DNA of 64,000 bases. Origin: an uncultured Negativicutes bacterium. GTDB lineage: Bacteria; Bacillota; Negativicutes; JBAXTZ01. The stretch spans positions 19,196 to 83,195 of the forward strand of contig CAVRJL010000008.1 of NCBI GenBank assembly GCA_963721525.1, in the 5' to 3' direction. Position numbers and translations under genes: made by a program. Under the pieces are notes generated by a model. It ran no database searches and was not told where the DNA came from. It saw only the letters and a program-made list of their open reading frames with translations. Shown piece after piece: positions 27,328-36,736 of the stretch; position 1 is the stretch's first letter, and every line of letters begins with the position of its first letter.

Positions 27328-28040
27328 ATTTCCTCCGCTGTTTCATATAATTTACTAGAAATGCCTTTAGCTCCCCTAAAAGCAGTTCCGTGATCGTGAC
27401 CATCAGGTCCAACTCTATTGGATAAGTGTATTTTTCCTTCTAATATATTTTCAAAAAATTTATCCGTCGAAACATTTTTATATATTATAGTTTCTCTTAT
27501 TATTATATAATTTTCTATTATGTCTGCTTTTACATAATATTGATTTTTAAGTTTATTTGTTAAATTTTGTTTTATTTGATCATTATCTTGTTCATAAATA
27601 ATTTCTTTATTATTAGATTTTACAAATATATTGTTTCTTTCAATATATAATCTTAATCCATGTTCGTTTTCATATGTAGCAAATATATCTATATATCCTG
27701 TTCCATATTTTTTATGGAAATCAAATTTATCTGGACTTCTCCAATTAGCTATTGGATTCTTTTTGCTTGGGACTCTTATTCCAGCAGAAAGTAATGTATC
27801 AGAAGCATCACTAAATAAATTTTTTGTTTTTAGCTCAGCAAAACCTAAATCTGGAGTTTTATTATTGTTTTCTTTAATTCCTAAATAGTGTTCTACTGTG
27901 CTACCGATTATTCCATCTCCTCCCCTTATTAAGATTTTTATTGGAATTAATAACGGTTTATTTTTGTTTTCTGCTATAAAATCTCTAAAATTTTCTTCTG
28001 TTATAACTTTTTCTGGATCATTATTTTTCTCTAATAACAT
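27324..28040 (-). CDS. MvaI/BcnI-family restriction endonuclease
   Basis: GIIGSTVEHYLGIKENNNKTPDLGFAELKTK resembles MvaI/BcnI catalytic region; 4-bp overlap with methyltransferase. Confidence 0.8.
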   Translation of the reverse strand: MLLEKNNDPEKVITEENFRDFIAENKNKPLLIPIKILIRGGDGIIGSTVEHYLGIKENNNKTPDLGFAELKTKNLFSDASDTLLSAGIRVPSKKNPIANWRSPDKFDFHKKYGTGYIDIFATYENEHGLRLYIERNNIFVKSNNKEIIYEQDNDQIKQNLTNKLKNQYYVKADIIENYIIIRETIIYKNVSTDKFFENILEGKIHLSNRVGPDGHDHGTAFRGAKGISSKLYETAEEI

Positions 28041-28108
28041 TACTATTTTATCTACCTATAAATATAGGTTTATATTATTTATATTTTATTGTCAAGTAAA
28101 ATTGTTTA

Positions 28109-28492
28109 TTATTTAGAAGGTCCGGGATTAGAAGCACCAGTTGTAACTTGTGGTCCTAATAGACCTTTCATTTTTTCACCAGGAAGCTCTCTACGAGTTC
28201 CAGGAGAAGATGAAGTAAGCCTGCTTTTTTGAGCGTCAGCTTTCATTTTTTCATCTTGTGCTTTTTTTGCTTCTAAATCTGCCTGTTGCTTTTGCTGTTC
28301 TCGAGCTTGTATATAAGCTTTATAACTTTGCAATGAAGTATTTATACTACTTATTGGTTTAGATAGTAATCCAGACAAAGCAGGGTTCTGTGTAAGAACA
28401 GTATTGATAGAACCAATTTCTTTTTCCATATTGCCAAAATAATCAGAATCATTTTTATCAAGCACGTCTTCTATCAAATCACCAAGTGTCAT
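28109..28492 (-). CDS. hypothetical Gln-rich protein
   Basis: 127-aa ORF. Confidence 0.55.
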   Translation of the reverse strand: MTLGDLIEDVLDKNDSDYFGNMEKEIGSINTVLTQNPALSGLLSKPISSINTSLQSYKAYIQAREQQKQQADLEAKKAQDEKMKADAQKSRLTSSSPGTRRELPGEKMKGLLGPQVTTGASNPGPSK

Positions 28493-28899
28493 ATATATTC
28501 CTCATTATTACTAATGTTATCTTTACTAACTACTTTTTCATCATCTTTCTTTATTAATTTTTTTGTTATTTTTTGCCTATCCTTTGATTCTTTTAATTCC
28601 TTCTTATCTAGCTTTATTTCTTCCTTCTTTTCTAGCTTTATTTCTTCTTTCTTTACTGCTTTTGGTTCTTCTACGATTGCAGGAACTATTTTTTTTACTG
28701 GTTCTTTTACTGGTTTTTTATTTTTTGGAACAGCAGTGATTGTTTTATTTTCTTTCTGCGTCGTAAAATCAAATTCATCCTGCTTCCTATATACAGTTGT
28801 TCCTTGACGAGTAGCACAGAGAATAAACTCTCCTTCTCCTATTATTGGTGTGAGAAATTCCCCTTTTTTAGTTTTACATTCCTTATTATAATCGAACAT
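28489..28899 (-). CDS. hypothetical Lys/Glu-rich protein
   Basis: 136-aa ORF. Confidence 0.5.
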   Translation of the reverse strand: MFDYNKECKTKKGEFLTPIIGEGEFILCATRQGTTVYRKQDEFDFTTQKENKTITAVPKNKKPVKEPVKKIVPAIVEEPKAVKKEEIKLEKKEEIKLDKKELKESKDRQKITKKLIKKDDEKVVSKDNISNNEEYI

Positions 28900-30124
28900 T
28901 TTCTTTTAATAACAATTCGCTTGTAAGCAAATATATTTTTATAGCTTCTTCCATATTGCCATATGAGCCTAATGATTTTTCTGGTTTAGTTCCAACTTTT
29001 GCTTTTACAAACAAAGTAAATCTTTTAGTTCCCATTCTATCAGACCCAAGGCCAACAGAAAATTCAAGCTGTTTCGGAGAGAATACGCCAACTTCTGTTT
29101 TATCAGAAGCAGAACCACAAAGAGCTATCATATGTATATTATTTTTTAGCATAGCTGAACGTATAGCTTGCGTTATTTTATTTTGAAATAATGGTTCAGC
29201 TACTATTTTTTGTATGATGTTATTATAATAAAAAATGCCATCTTGCCCCATAGTTTTTGTAAGTTTTTTTAACGAACTATCAGTAGCTACTTTCCATACT
29301 TCTCCAAATATAGATTTATTATATATATTTTGTTTCTTTACTTCATACTTTGTGCCATTATATTCAAAATCTGATTTAGACATCTGTTCTACGCTTGGGT
29401 CTATTTCATTTATTATTTTATATACATCATCATATGATACAGTTGGCGCCTTTGCTTTACTTGGATTTTTTTGTAATAGATTATAAATCTTATCTGCTAT
29501 ACTTTCTCCTTCTCCTGGAAAATTTATAGTTACTTTATTATTTAGCCACTTTACGCTATCAATTTTTTTCTTAGCCATAGCTTTGGCAACTTTCATTTCA
29601 AATTCTTGTCCACCAAAATGTCTTTCAGAACCCTTTTTTAGAACTGGTTCTTTTCTAAGTCCTACTTCGGCATCTTTTATTTGCTGTTGAGATTTAGTTA
29701 ATTTAGGTGTTGGCGTAGTTTTTTCTATTTCTTTTTCTATTTCTTCATATTCACGAGGATTTCTATACTTCTCAATTCTTTCAGCGCCTTCATCTGTAAG
29801 GAGTTTTATTTGCTTTCTTAAATAAGTTTGTATTTCTGGTCTGCTTTGAAGCAAGTTCAAGTATTTATTTTCTTTTACTTTTGCTTTAATCAAAGCGTTC
29901 ATGTCAACGTTCACGCGTTTTTTTGGGTCAAGCCCTCTTTTTTTTAAATCTTCTATATACCTATGAGCCACTTTATCAAAAATAGGTTTCCAGTTTTCTG
30001 AACTATGGAGTTTGCTTTTGCCAGCCTCTCCCTCTTTTTTCAAATAAGCATTAGTTTCATAAGAGAAAGCTCTAACTAAATCTGCTACTGCTTCAAATAT
30101 AAGTATTTCATTTACATTGCTCAT
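28886..30124 (-). CDS. hypothetical phage protein
   Basis: 412-aa ORF; N-terminus MSNVNEILIFEAVADL. Confidence 0.65.
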   Translation of the reverse strand: MSNVNEILIFEAVADLVRAFSYETNAYLKKEGEAGKSKLHSSENWKPIFDKVAHRYIEDLKKRGLDPKKRVNVDMNALIKAKVKENKYLNLLQSRPEIQTYLRKQIKLLTDEGAERIEKYRNPREYEEIEKEIEKTTPTPKLTKSQQQIKDAEVGLRKEPVLKKGSERHFGGQEFEMKVAKAMAKKKIDSVKWLNNKVTINFPGEGESIADKIYNLLQKNPSKAKAPTVSYDDVYKIINEIDPSVEQMSKSDFEYNGTKYEVKKQNIYNKSIFGEVWKVATDSSLKKLTKTMGQDGIFYYNNIIQKIVAEPLFQNKITQAIRSAMLKNNIHMIALCGSASDKTEVGVFSPKQLEFSVGLGSDRMGTKRFTLFVKAKVGTKPEKSLGSYGNMEEAIKIYLLTSELLLKENVRL

Positions 30125-30134
30125 GAAGTTATCT

Positions 30135-31652
30135 TTACCCTAACTTACGAGCCATTCTTTTCTTTTCTTCATCAGAAGAAAATTTCTTTGTTCCAAACAA
30201 TATACTATTTTTATCCGTATCTCTATATAAAGAAAATAGATATACAGTATTAGGAAGTATTTTTTCTTTAATATTTTTCCAATAATTCCAAAATACTGGA
30301 ACACTTATATTATTTCCTCTCATATCAGAGCAATCGACAAATGCCATCTCTCTTCCATTTTTATCATTAAAGGCTCTAAATTTTTCAACTATAACGGGAA
30401 CAGGAAGTGAAGTTTGAAAATTCGTTATATCTTCAAAATATCTTCCGCATAAACCTTTTCTAAATCCTTGATTTATAACTGTAACCATTTTATCTGTAAA
30501 CAAAGTATGAAAGAAATTAAAACCAAGAAATTCTTTTTCATATTGAGCGAGTAACAATCCTGTTGTTTCAAGACCTGGAATTCTATCTGCTTCTGCTTCT
30601 ATTTTATCCCATACATCAACAAGTTTTTCTGCTATTTTTATATTCTTTTTCTTTTCCAAATATTGTTCGAGAATAAATATGTTTTTAGTTCTTTCGCTAC
30701 CAATAAGTTCATCAAATGCTCCAACAGAAACCAAAGCATTAATTACTGTTTTTGTTATTCTTTCACCTTTTATTTTATGCATAAAATCGAAAAAAGAAAT
30801 ATATGGTTGATTATCTACTATTTTTGTAGCAGGAACATCGCCTATACTTTTTACTTCATTTAGCCCAAAACGAATATTGTTTCCTTCTGGATGAAAATGA
30901 ATTTTTGATTTATTTATATCAGGAGGAAGAATAGAAAATCCTTGTAGTTTACATAAAGTAAGTTTTTCTTTTAAAGGAGCATCTTCTTTTCCTTTGTAAG
31001 TTAAGATAGAACTAAAATAATAAACTTTAAAATAAAATGATAAATAAAGATTTATCATAGATATATAAGTATAAGCTACACAATGACTTAAATTAAAAGA
31101 ATAAGATGATAATTTTAATAAATCATCAGCAACAACTTTTGCATCACTTTTTTTTATTCCTTTGCTTACTGCACCATTTTCAAACTTTTTAACAACCTCA
31201 TCCCATCTATCCAAATCTATTTTTTTCTTATCTGCCTTTCCCAAAATTTTCATTAATGCACGAACTTCATTAGTTTCCGAAAGGGTAAAGCCACCAATAA
31301 TATTAAATATAGACATACATTGTTCTTGATATATAGCACATCCTGCCGTATCTTTTAAAACTTCTTGAACTTGTTGAGGATATTTATTTATTCCATTATC
31401 TCTACTATTTAAATAATCATCTACAAAATTAATGGTTCCTGGTCTCGCAAACGCAGAAACTGCACAAACTTCATCAAAATTTTTTGGTTTTATTTTTTTA
31501 ACAAGACCTTCTGCGGTTTGGGCCGATAATTGAAATGTATTTATACTTCTATCTTCATTTAACTCTTCATATAAATTTTTATCAGTTAAATCTAAATCAT
31601 AAAGAAAATCTTTTAGTTCTTGCTTTGAAACTTCGCGAACTATCTTAATCAT
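30135..31652 (-). CDS. dnaE: DNA polymerase III alpha, C-terminal part (fractured gene, part 4)
   Basis: INTFQLSAQTAEGLVKKIKPKNFDEVCAVSAFARPGTINFVDDYLNSR, YQEQCMSI, SHCVAYTYISM. Confidence 0.88.
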   Translation of the reverse strand: MIKIVREVSKQELKDFLYDLDLTDKNLYEELNEDRSINTFQLSAQTAEGLVKKIKPKNFDEVCAVSAFARPGTINFVDDYLNSRDNGINKYPQQVQEVLKDTAGCAIYQEQCMSIFNIIGGFTLSETNEVRALMKILGKADKKKIDLDRWDEVVKKFENGAVSKGIKKSDAKVVADDLLKLSSYSFNLSHCVAYTYISMINLYLSFYFKVYYFSSILTYKGKEDAPLKEKLTLCKLQGFSILPPDINKSKIHFHPEGNNIRFGLNEVKSIGDVPATKIVDNQPYISFFDFMHKIKGERITKTVINALVSVGAFDELIGSERTKNIFILEQYLEKKKNIKIAEKLVDVWDKIEAEADRIPGLETTGLLLAQYEKEFLGFNFFHTLFTDKMVTVINQGFRKGLCGRYFEDITNFQTSLPVPVIVEKFRAFNDKNGREMAFVDCSDMRGNNISVPVFWNYWKNIKEKILPNTVYLFSLYRDTDKNSILFGTKKFSSDEEKKRMARKLG

Positions 31653-31870
31653 TATCTATTTCCAGTAGTGCTTGTGTTAGGATTCCATAAATTAGTAATA
31701 GCAGCAGTAGTAGTAGTAATATTACTATATGCTATTGTATTTATTGTATAATAGAAGTTAGTATGGTTACTATATATTTTGGTTAATTTACTCATAGCTT
31801 CTTTTGCTAATTGTGCTTTTTCTTCATTGCCATCGAAATCGAATTCTAATTGCCTCGGGTCCCTTTTCAT
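31652..31870 (-). CDS. small protein with N-terminal QLEFDF
   Basis: N-terminus MKRDPRQLEFDFDG. Confidence 0.6.
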   Translation of the reverse strand: MKRDPRQLEFDFDGNEEKAQLAKEAMSKLTKIYSNHTNFYYTINTIAYSNITTTTAAITNLWNPNTSTTGNR

Positions 31871-31881
31871 TTATTTCCTTT

Positions 31882-32340
31882 TTATACTATTACCGATATA
31901 TTATAATTTTCACGCTCACCATAATTATTTATTGTAAATGTAATACTTACCCTACTGCCATATAAACTATAATTTCTTTCAATAGTAAAATTTATAATTT
32001 TTTCAGCAACTAAAAAATCAGACATTGCTAATCGCAATCGTTCCATAAATTCATTAATTCTTGTTTCAGTTACTGGAATAAATACAAGTTGACTACGCAC
32101 AACATTTACAGTTTCTTGTATTTGTGCTCTGATTTCAGCATTAGTAAGAGGTCTTTCAAGATTAACATCATAAATAAGTTGCTGATAATAAATAGTGTTA
32201 TCAAAAGTTGAAGGAGCCATTGGATACACTTCAGCAATATTTATCCAGAAAGTATCTTTTTTTGGCTTCTCGTCAAAGTCAAATTCCAACTGCCTGTTCT
32301 CTTTCTTCATCTTCAAGCTCCTTATCCCAAACTTTTTCAA
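31882..32340 (-). CDS. hypothetical protein with N-terminal QLEFDF
   Basis: MKKENRQLEFDFDEKPKK. Confidence 0.65.
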   Translation of the reverse strand: MKKFGIRSLKMKKENRQLEFDFDEKPKKDTFWINIAEVYPMAPSTFDNTIYYQQLIYDVNLERPLTNAEIRAQIQETVNVVRSQLVFIPVTETRINEFMERLRLAMSDFLVAEKIINFTIERNYSLYGSRVSITFTINNYGERENYNISVIV

Positions 32341-32656
32341 CTATATTATCATAACTTATAAATTTAGCAATAGTATCACGCTTACGAGACTTCCTTAAAA
32401 TCTCACGTATTCTAAAATCAGAATTAGCCCACATAAAACTAAATATATTTTTATCTGGATTTACTTTCCCTTCTAACACTTTTTTGTATAAGTTTAAACA
32501 GCATTCTTGTGCCATATCTTGGCGTATATCTTCACTACTTATTTTATATTTTTGTGAAAGAAGAAAATCACTTATTTTGTATGCTTCCTTGAATACATAA
32601 TCCCAATTTTCTTTTAGAAATTCTTGCTTCAATTTTATTTTATCTACCGCTAACAT
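32279..32656 (-). CDS. putative sigma factor-like protein (region 2; possible late sigma)
   Basis: EDIRQDMAQECCLNLYKKV..FSFMWANSDFRIREILRKSRKRD. Confidence 0.5.
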   Translation of the reverse strand: MLAVDKIKLKQEFLKENWDYVFKEAYKISDFLLSQKYKISSEDIRQDMAQECCLNLYKKVLEGKVNPDKNIFSFMWANSDFRIREILRKSRKRDTIAKFISYDNIVEKVWDKELEDEEREQAVGI

Positions 32657-32667
32657 TTAATTCCTTA

Positions 32668-32928
32668 TTAATCAGATTTTGGAAAGATTTCTAATAGTGT
32701 TGCTATATCGCTAAAATCTACCATCAATTTCCCTACCATTATTGCTATCTTTGGTATAGATTGAGCTGGGTCTCCTTCTGTATCAGAACTATTATAAAAT
32801 ATAGTTTCCAACGCATTGAAATAAGCTTGGCACTCTTCAAACTTACTTTTCACTAACAAAACTTGGTCTTCCCCTTTAATCATTTTTTTCTCCTTACTAT
32901 TCTTATACCATTTATAAAATCTCGTCAA
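32668..32928 (-). CDS. hypothetical protein
   Basis: 86-aa ORF. Confidence 0.5.
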   Translation of the reverse strand: MTRFYKWYKNSKEKKMIKGEDQVLLVKSKFEECQAYFNALETIFYNSSDTEGDPAQSIPKIAIMVGKLMVDFSDIATLLEIFPKSD

Positions 32929-32938
32929 GATAATATAA

Positions 32939-33673
32939 ATGGATAATACAACAAATATCTTGACCGAAAGCCTTTACAATCTTACTTTTTTCAATCGTTT
33001 ATATAGATATATAATTTCTGAATATAGTGGGGTTACTATAAAGTCTGGTGAGAGTTTTCAAGCTGAAATTACTAGATATTTCCCAGAACAGCTTATTGTT
33101 TTAAAAGATAAAAATGGAGTTCCTCGGAAAACGCACAAGGTTATATTTGATTATAACTATTCTACAAAACGTAAATCCAGTAAACCTCTCTGTTTTTATT
33201 CAGATAAAGGTGAAATAGTAATTCAAATAAATGCTGCTGTTACTTTTGACAAGTTGATTAATAATCTTGAATCTCCTACTTTTAAAGATATGCTACGGCA
33301 CGAAGTTATCCATGCTATGGATATGTTAAGAAGCACAGAAGCATTAGAAGATGAAGACGTAGATGTAGATAAAAAATCAAAGTCAAAACATCATCAAAGT
33401 AAGCAAGCAGAAACATCTAATTATTGGAAAGATGAATATGAAATGAATCAATTTATTCACACAATGGCTCGGTATAAGACGCAATGGCCTACAAAATATA
33501 GTAAAATAACAAATTTAGATGATATTTTTGACATTATGGATAGTCCTAAATATGGACTTACTGCTTATAAAAGTACCAAATCAATGAGAAACGACCCGAA
33601 GCTTAGAAAAGAAATTTTGAAACGTTTAGCTCGCGAAAATTTACTTCCGCTTGGGTTACGTTCTAAAATTTAG
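32939..33673 (+). CDS. HExxH-containing protein, paralogue of 7736..8371
   Basis: LRHEVIHAMDMLRS..YEMNQFIHTMARYK..NDPKLRKEILKRLAREN. Confidence 0.65.
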   Translation: MDNTTNILTESLYNLTFFNRLYRYIISEYSGVTIKSGESFQAEITRYFPEQLIVLKDKNGVPRKTHKVIFDYNYSTKRKSSKPLCFYSDKGEIVIQINAAVTFDKLINNLESPTFKDMLRHEVIHAMDMLRSTEALEDEDVDVDKKSKSKHHQSKQAETSNYWKDEYEMNQFIHTMARYKTQWPTKYSKITNLDDIFDIMDSPKYGLTAYKSTKSMRNDPKLRKEILKRLARENLLPLGLRSKI

Positions 33674-34103
33674 CTATTTCTTTATTTAAATAACTTTCAG
33701 GAACTACCTTGGTCAAACCATCGTTGTCTATTATTAAATACAATTTTTCCGAAATCATTTCTATTGTTTGCTCTATAACGTCTAAAATACTTATTCCCAA
33801 TATATCTATTTTTACAATTCCCATACTTTCCAAAATAGATTCACTTCCACTTTCAGGAAATGCCGTTATAATCTCTCCATTTACTCTATCAACTGGTATA
33901 TAGTTATACAAAGGTTTTGGGGTTATTACTACTCCACCAGCATGAGTTCCACAATTATGAACTAAGACATCATCAACGAAAAAATTTGGTTCATTATTGA
34001 AAAAGTCATTCTCGTTATTTGAAATATCATAGCATTCTTCATAACCTATTTCTATGATTGAACAAACTCTGTCAATTTTAGTTTGTTTATTTTTATTACA
34101 CAT
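33663..34103 (-). CDS. dnaE: C-intein + DNA polymerase III alpha internal part (fractured gene, part 3)
   Basis: ..EECYDISNNEN..FVDDVLVHN | CGTHAGGVVITPKPLYNYIPVD..GIVKIDILGISILDVIEQTIEMI. Confidence 0.88.
   Translation of the reverse strand: MCNKNKQTKIDRVCSIIEIGYEECYDISNNENDFFNNEPNFFVDDVLVHNCGTHAGGVVITPKPLYNYIPVDRVNGEIITAFPESGSESILESMGIVKIDILGISILDVIEQTIEMISEKLYLIIDNDGLTKVVPESYLNKEIAKF
33954..34103 (-). other. C-intein fragment (50 aa), C+1 extein
   Basis: ends VLVHN before CGTHAGGVV. Confidence 0.85.
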
Positions 34104-34212
34104 TTTTTCCCCTCCTCTAAGCTATCATTGTTATATTTATCTCTATTAAATTTATTATACCTATTATCATTTAATTTTTGTAATATTACTAATAATATTT
34201 TTTGAGGAATGA

Positions 34213-34491
34213 TTATTGTTTTACCATTAGTTTATCACCTATCTTCAAATCTTTCATTTTTTTCATTCCGTCTACTGTAAATAAAATATGCTCGTCAGAA
34301 GTTCTTATTTTTTTTCCACTTTCAAGAGTTATTTCAAATACTTTTTTCTTTCCGCTTTTTATGAGTTCATAGTTTTTTGTATATGATAGATCACCATTTG
34401 ATCTTAGATAAAGAATAGCATCCTGTTTATTTAGATCTTCTATTTTTTTCTTTCCGCTAGAAGTATCAACGAGCTGATAATGTGGCAAACA
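34213..34491 (-). other. N-intein fragment (92 aa)
   Basis: block A CLPHYQLV.. and block B GKKIRTSDEHILFT. Confidence 0.88.
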
Positions 34492-35067
34492 CTGTCGTAT
34501 TTTACCTATAAAATAGGGAACCAAATCGAGAACAGTTTTATGTTCTGTATAGAACTGATACTGTGCCGGTGAGGTTTCTTGTATTACTTTTATGTTTTCT
34601 TCCCATGTCAAATCCTTTTGTAAAAATGAAGTAAACAATTTTGAAACTTTGAAATCTACATTATAAATACGCAATAAATCAGAAGCAGCAGAAGCAGGAC
34701 CCATTATTGAATAAGTTCCAACATGAGCAAAGCAATCAGCACCATATTTTTCTTTCAAATGATTTTGTATTTTTGCCTTACCTTCTGATGACCAGTCAGT
34801 ATCAATATCTGGCAAAGAGAAACTTCCATTTTTTACTTGTATTAAATTAGGTTTTTTATCTATCACTTCGTTGGTAATACCAAGTAAAAATGGTATAATA
34901 TATCTCTTATCTATTTTATCTTTTTTTTCAAGAAGTTCTTTGTGAAGGTTTCTACCATTATCATAAAATCTTTTTGCTGCTAACATTTCTCTTTTATATG
35001 CTAATAGATACTGAGGATATTTTTGTATTTCTTTATCGCAATAATTTTTTAATTCTTCATATGTCAA
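34213..35067 (-). CDS. dnaE: DNA polymerase III alpha internal part + N-intein (fractured gene, part 2)
   Basis: FSLPDIDTDWSSEGKAKIQNHLKEKYG..FIGKIRQ | CLPHYQLVDTSSGKKKIEDL..SGKKIRTSDEHILFTVDG..IGDKLMVKQ. Confidence 0.9.
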   Translation of the reverse strand: MTYEELKNYCDKEIQKYPQYLLAYKREMLAAKRFYDNGRNLHKELLEKKDKIDKRYIIPFLLGITNEVIDKKPNLIQVKNGSFSLPDIDTDWSSEGKAKIQNHLKEKYGADCFAHVGTYSIMGPASAASDLLRIYNVDFKVSKLFTSFLQKDLTWEENIKVIQETSPAQYQFYTEHKTVLDLVPYFIGKIRQCLPHYQLVDTSSGKKKIEDLNKQDAILYLRSNGDLSYTKNYELIKSGKKKVFEITLESGKKIRTSDEHILFTVDGMKKMKDLKIGDKLMVKQ

Positions 35068-35249
35068 AATTCAAACTCCATTTGTCCTTTTTGTGGTTTT
35101 ATCATATGTATAAAAAGCTGAAATTCACTTGGTATGACAAATACGTAACCTTTTTCTTGCCAACCTTTTTTAACTAATTCGTATCGTATTTTTGCTAATT
35201 CTTCATGAGTTTCAGCATGGACAGTTATTTCATATTTCATTGATTTCAC
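35064..35249 (-). CDS. small protein ending in QMEFEF
   Basis: C-terminus MIKPQKGQMEFEF. Confidence 0.6.
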   Translation of the reverse strand: MKSMKYEITVHAETHEELAKIRYELVKKGWQEKGYVFVIPSEFQLFIHMIKPQKGQMEFEF

Positions 35250-35445
35250 CTAAGGAAATTATTCCAGCAAGCAAACTTGTAAAACATACAATTCTCATTA
35301 TTCCAGCAAATCCTGTTGTTCCAAGTATATACAATGGTGTAAAATGTAGCGTCCAAATAAACAAACCGATTGCTCCAAATAGATAACAGCCAATAGCCCA
35401 TAAAATACCAGTTCCAATTCCTCTCAAAACATTTAATAAATTCAT
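35230..35445 (-). CDS. small membrane protein
   Basis: two hydrophobic segments. Confidence 0.5.
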   Translation of the reverse strand: MNLLNVLRGIGTGILWAIGCYLFGAIGLFIWTLHFTPLYILGTTGFAGIMRIVCFTSLLAGIISLGEINEI

Positions 35446-36720
35446 TTATTCTCCTTCATTAAAATAATCATAACAAAAATCTATAAGTCTAGCTTGACTG
35501 ATAAATCTTTCAAAAAATAATCCATATTTTATGGGGTCAAGTGTGGTTATTCCTAAGCAAAACACTACTAATGAACCTGAACTTGAACCTCTACCTGTGC
35601 TATGAGTTATTTCATTTTTTTTAGCAAAATCAAATATATCTTCAAGTATTAGTAAGTAACTACAAAAACCTTTTCGTATAATAGTCGAAAGTTCATAAGC
35701 AAGTCTTCTTTTATATTCCAAAGGGCATTCTTCAAAAGGTTTCTTAAAGTAATTAGATAAACCCTCTTTCGCTTTATTTACTAACAATACTTCATCATCA
35801 TCTGATATATTTGGTAATATAATTTTATTTCTTTCTGGTATTTGAAAATCAATTCTATCTGCTATCAATCCCGCATTATTATATATTTCTTCTATAAAAT
35901 CTTCTTTATAATTATATCCAAAATCTTTATTGAATTTCTGATAATCAGAAATGTTATGATAGTATAAATGTTTACTTTCAAGTTCAAAAGTTAATTTGTC
36001 TATTGTTGATTTATCTCTAATAGCAATGGAAAGTGTTTGAAGTTTATCCTGCCCTGCTTCTGCGTAATGAACGTCTCCTGTAAGAACTATTGGAACGCCA
36101 TTACCTTTCGCTCTATCTATTACCCAATCATTATACTGTGCCTGTCCTCTTTTTAAGGAACCCATCTCACCTGTTAATTCATTTAATTGTATTTCAGCAT
36201 ATAATCTGTCTTTAAAAACTTCTAAAAATTTAAAAAACAATTTATCTGCTATTCCATCATAACCACCATTTATTAGTGCTTGAGAAAATGGAGAGCCAAG
36301 GCATGCGGTTCCACAAAATAAACCATTTGAATGCTCGAATAATTCTTCTTTGGTTATTCGTGGAGCATAATAAAAATGTTTATCATCTGCCATTGATAGG
36401 TAATTTAAATAGAGTAGATTTTGATAACCTTCTTTATTTTGCGCTAAAAGAATAACATGCTGATTTTTTGTTCTCTTTCTTTTTTCATCTACTATTGTAA
36501 CAAGTTCAGGGGCTATATACATTTCGATTCCTAAAATTGGTTTTATTCCATTTTTTAGACATGCTTGCTGATGACTCCACCACCCATTACATTTTCCATG
36601 GTCGGTAATTGCTAATGATGGATGATTGTATTGTTGTGCTTTTTTAGCATATTCATTTGAACTACCTATTCCATCCAAAATACTATACGTAGTATGAAGA
36701 TGAAGCTGCGCGAAACTCAT
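35446..36720 (-). CDS. dnaE: DNA polymerase III alpha, N-terminal PHP domain and start of palm (fractured gene, part 1)
   Basis: FAQLHLHTTYSILDGIG..LAITDHGKCNGWW..GRGSSSGSLVVFCLGITTLDPIKYGLFFERFIS then stop after 16 residues. Confidence 0.9.
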   Translation of the reverse strand: MSFAQLHLHTTYSILDGIGSSNEYAKKAQQYNHPSLAITDHGKCNGWWSHQQACLKNGIKPILGIEMYIAPELVTIVDEKRKRTKNQHVILLAQNKEGYQNLLYLNYLSMADDKHFYYAPRITKEELFEHSNGLFCGTACLGSPFSQALINGGYDGIADKLFFKFLEVFKDRLYAEIQLNELTGEMGSLKRGQAQYNDWVIDRAKGNGVPIVLTGDVHYAEAGQDKLQTLSIAIRDKSTIDKLTFELESKHLYYHNISDYQKFNKDFGYNYKEDFIEEIYNNAGLIADRIDFQIPERNKIILPNISDDDEVLLVNKAKEGLSNYFKKPFEECPLEYKRRLAYELSTIIRKGFCSYLLILEDIFDFAKKNEITHSTGRGSSSGSLVVFCLGITTLDPIKYGLFFERFISQARLIDFCYDYFNEGE

Positions 36721-36736
36721 TTATATTTCCATTCCT

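Noticed and set aside
28069-28093. TTGACA with nearby TATAAA upstream of 27324..28040
   Set aside because: Spacer only about 13 nt; plausible as a promoter region but not listed as a confident site.
28886-30124. internal SPKQLEFSV as another copy of the QLEFDF motif
   Set aside because: Internal, followed by SVGLG without the second aromatic; probably chance.
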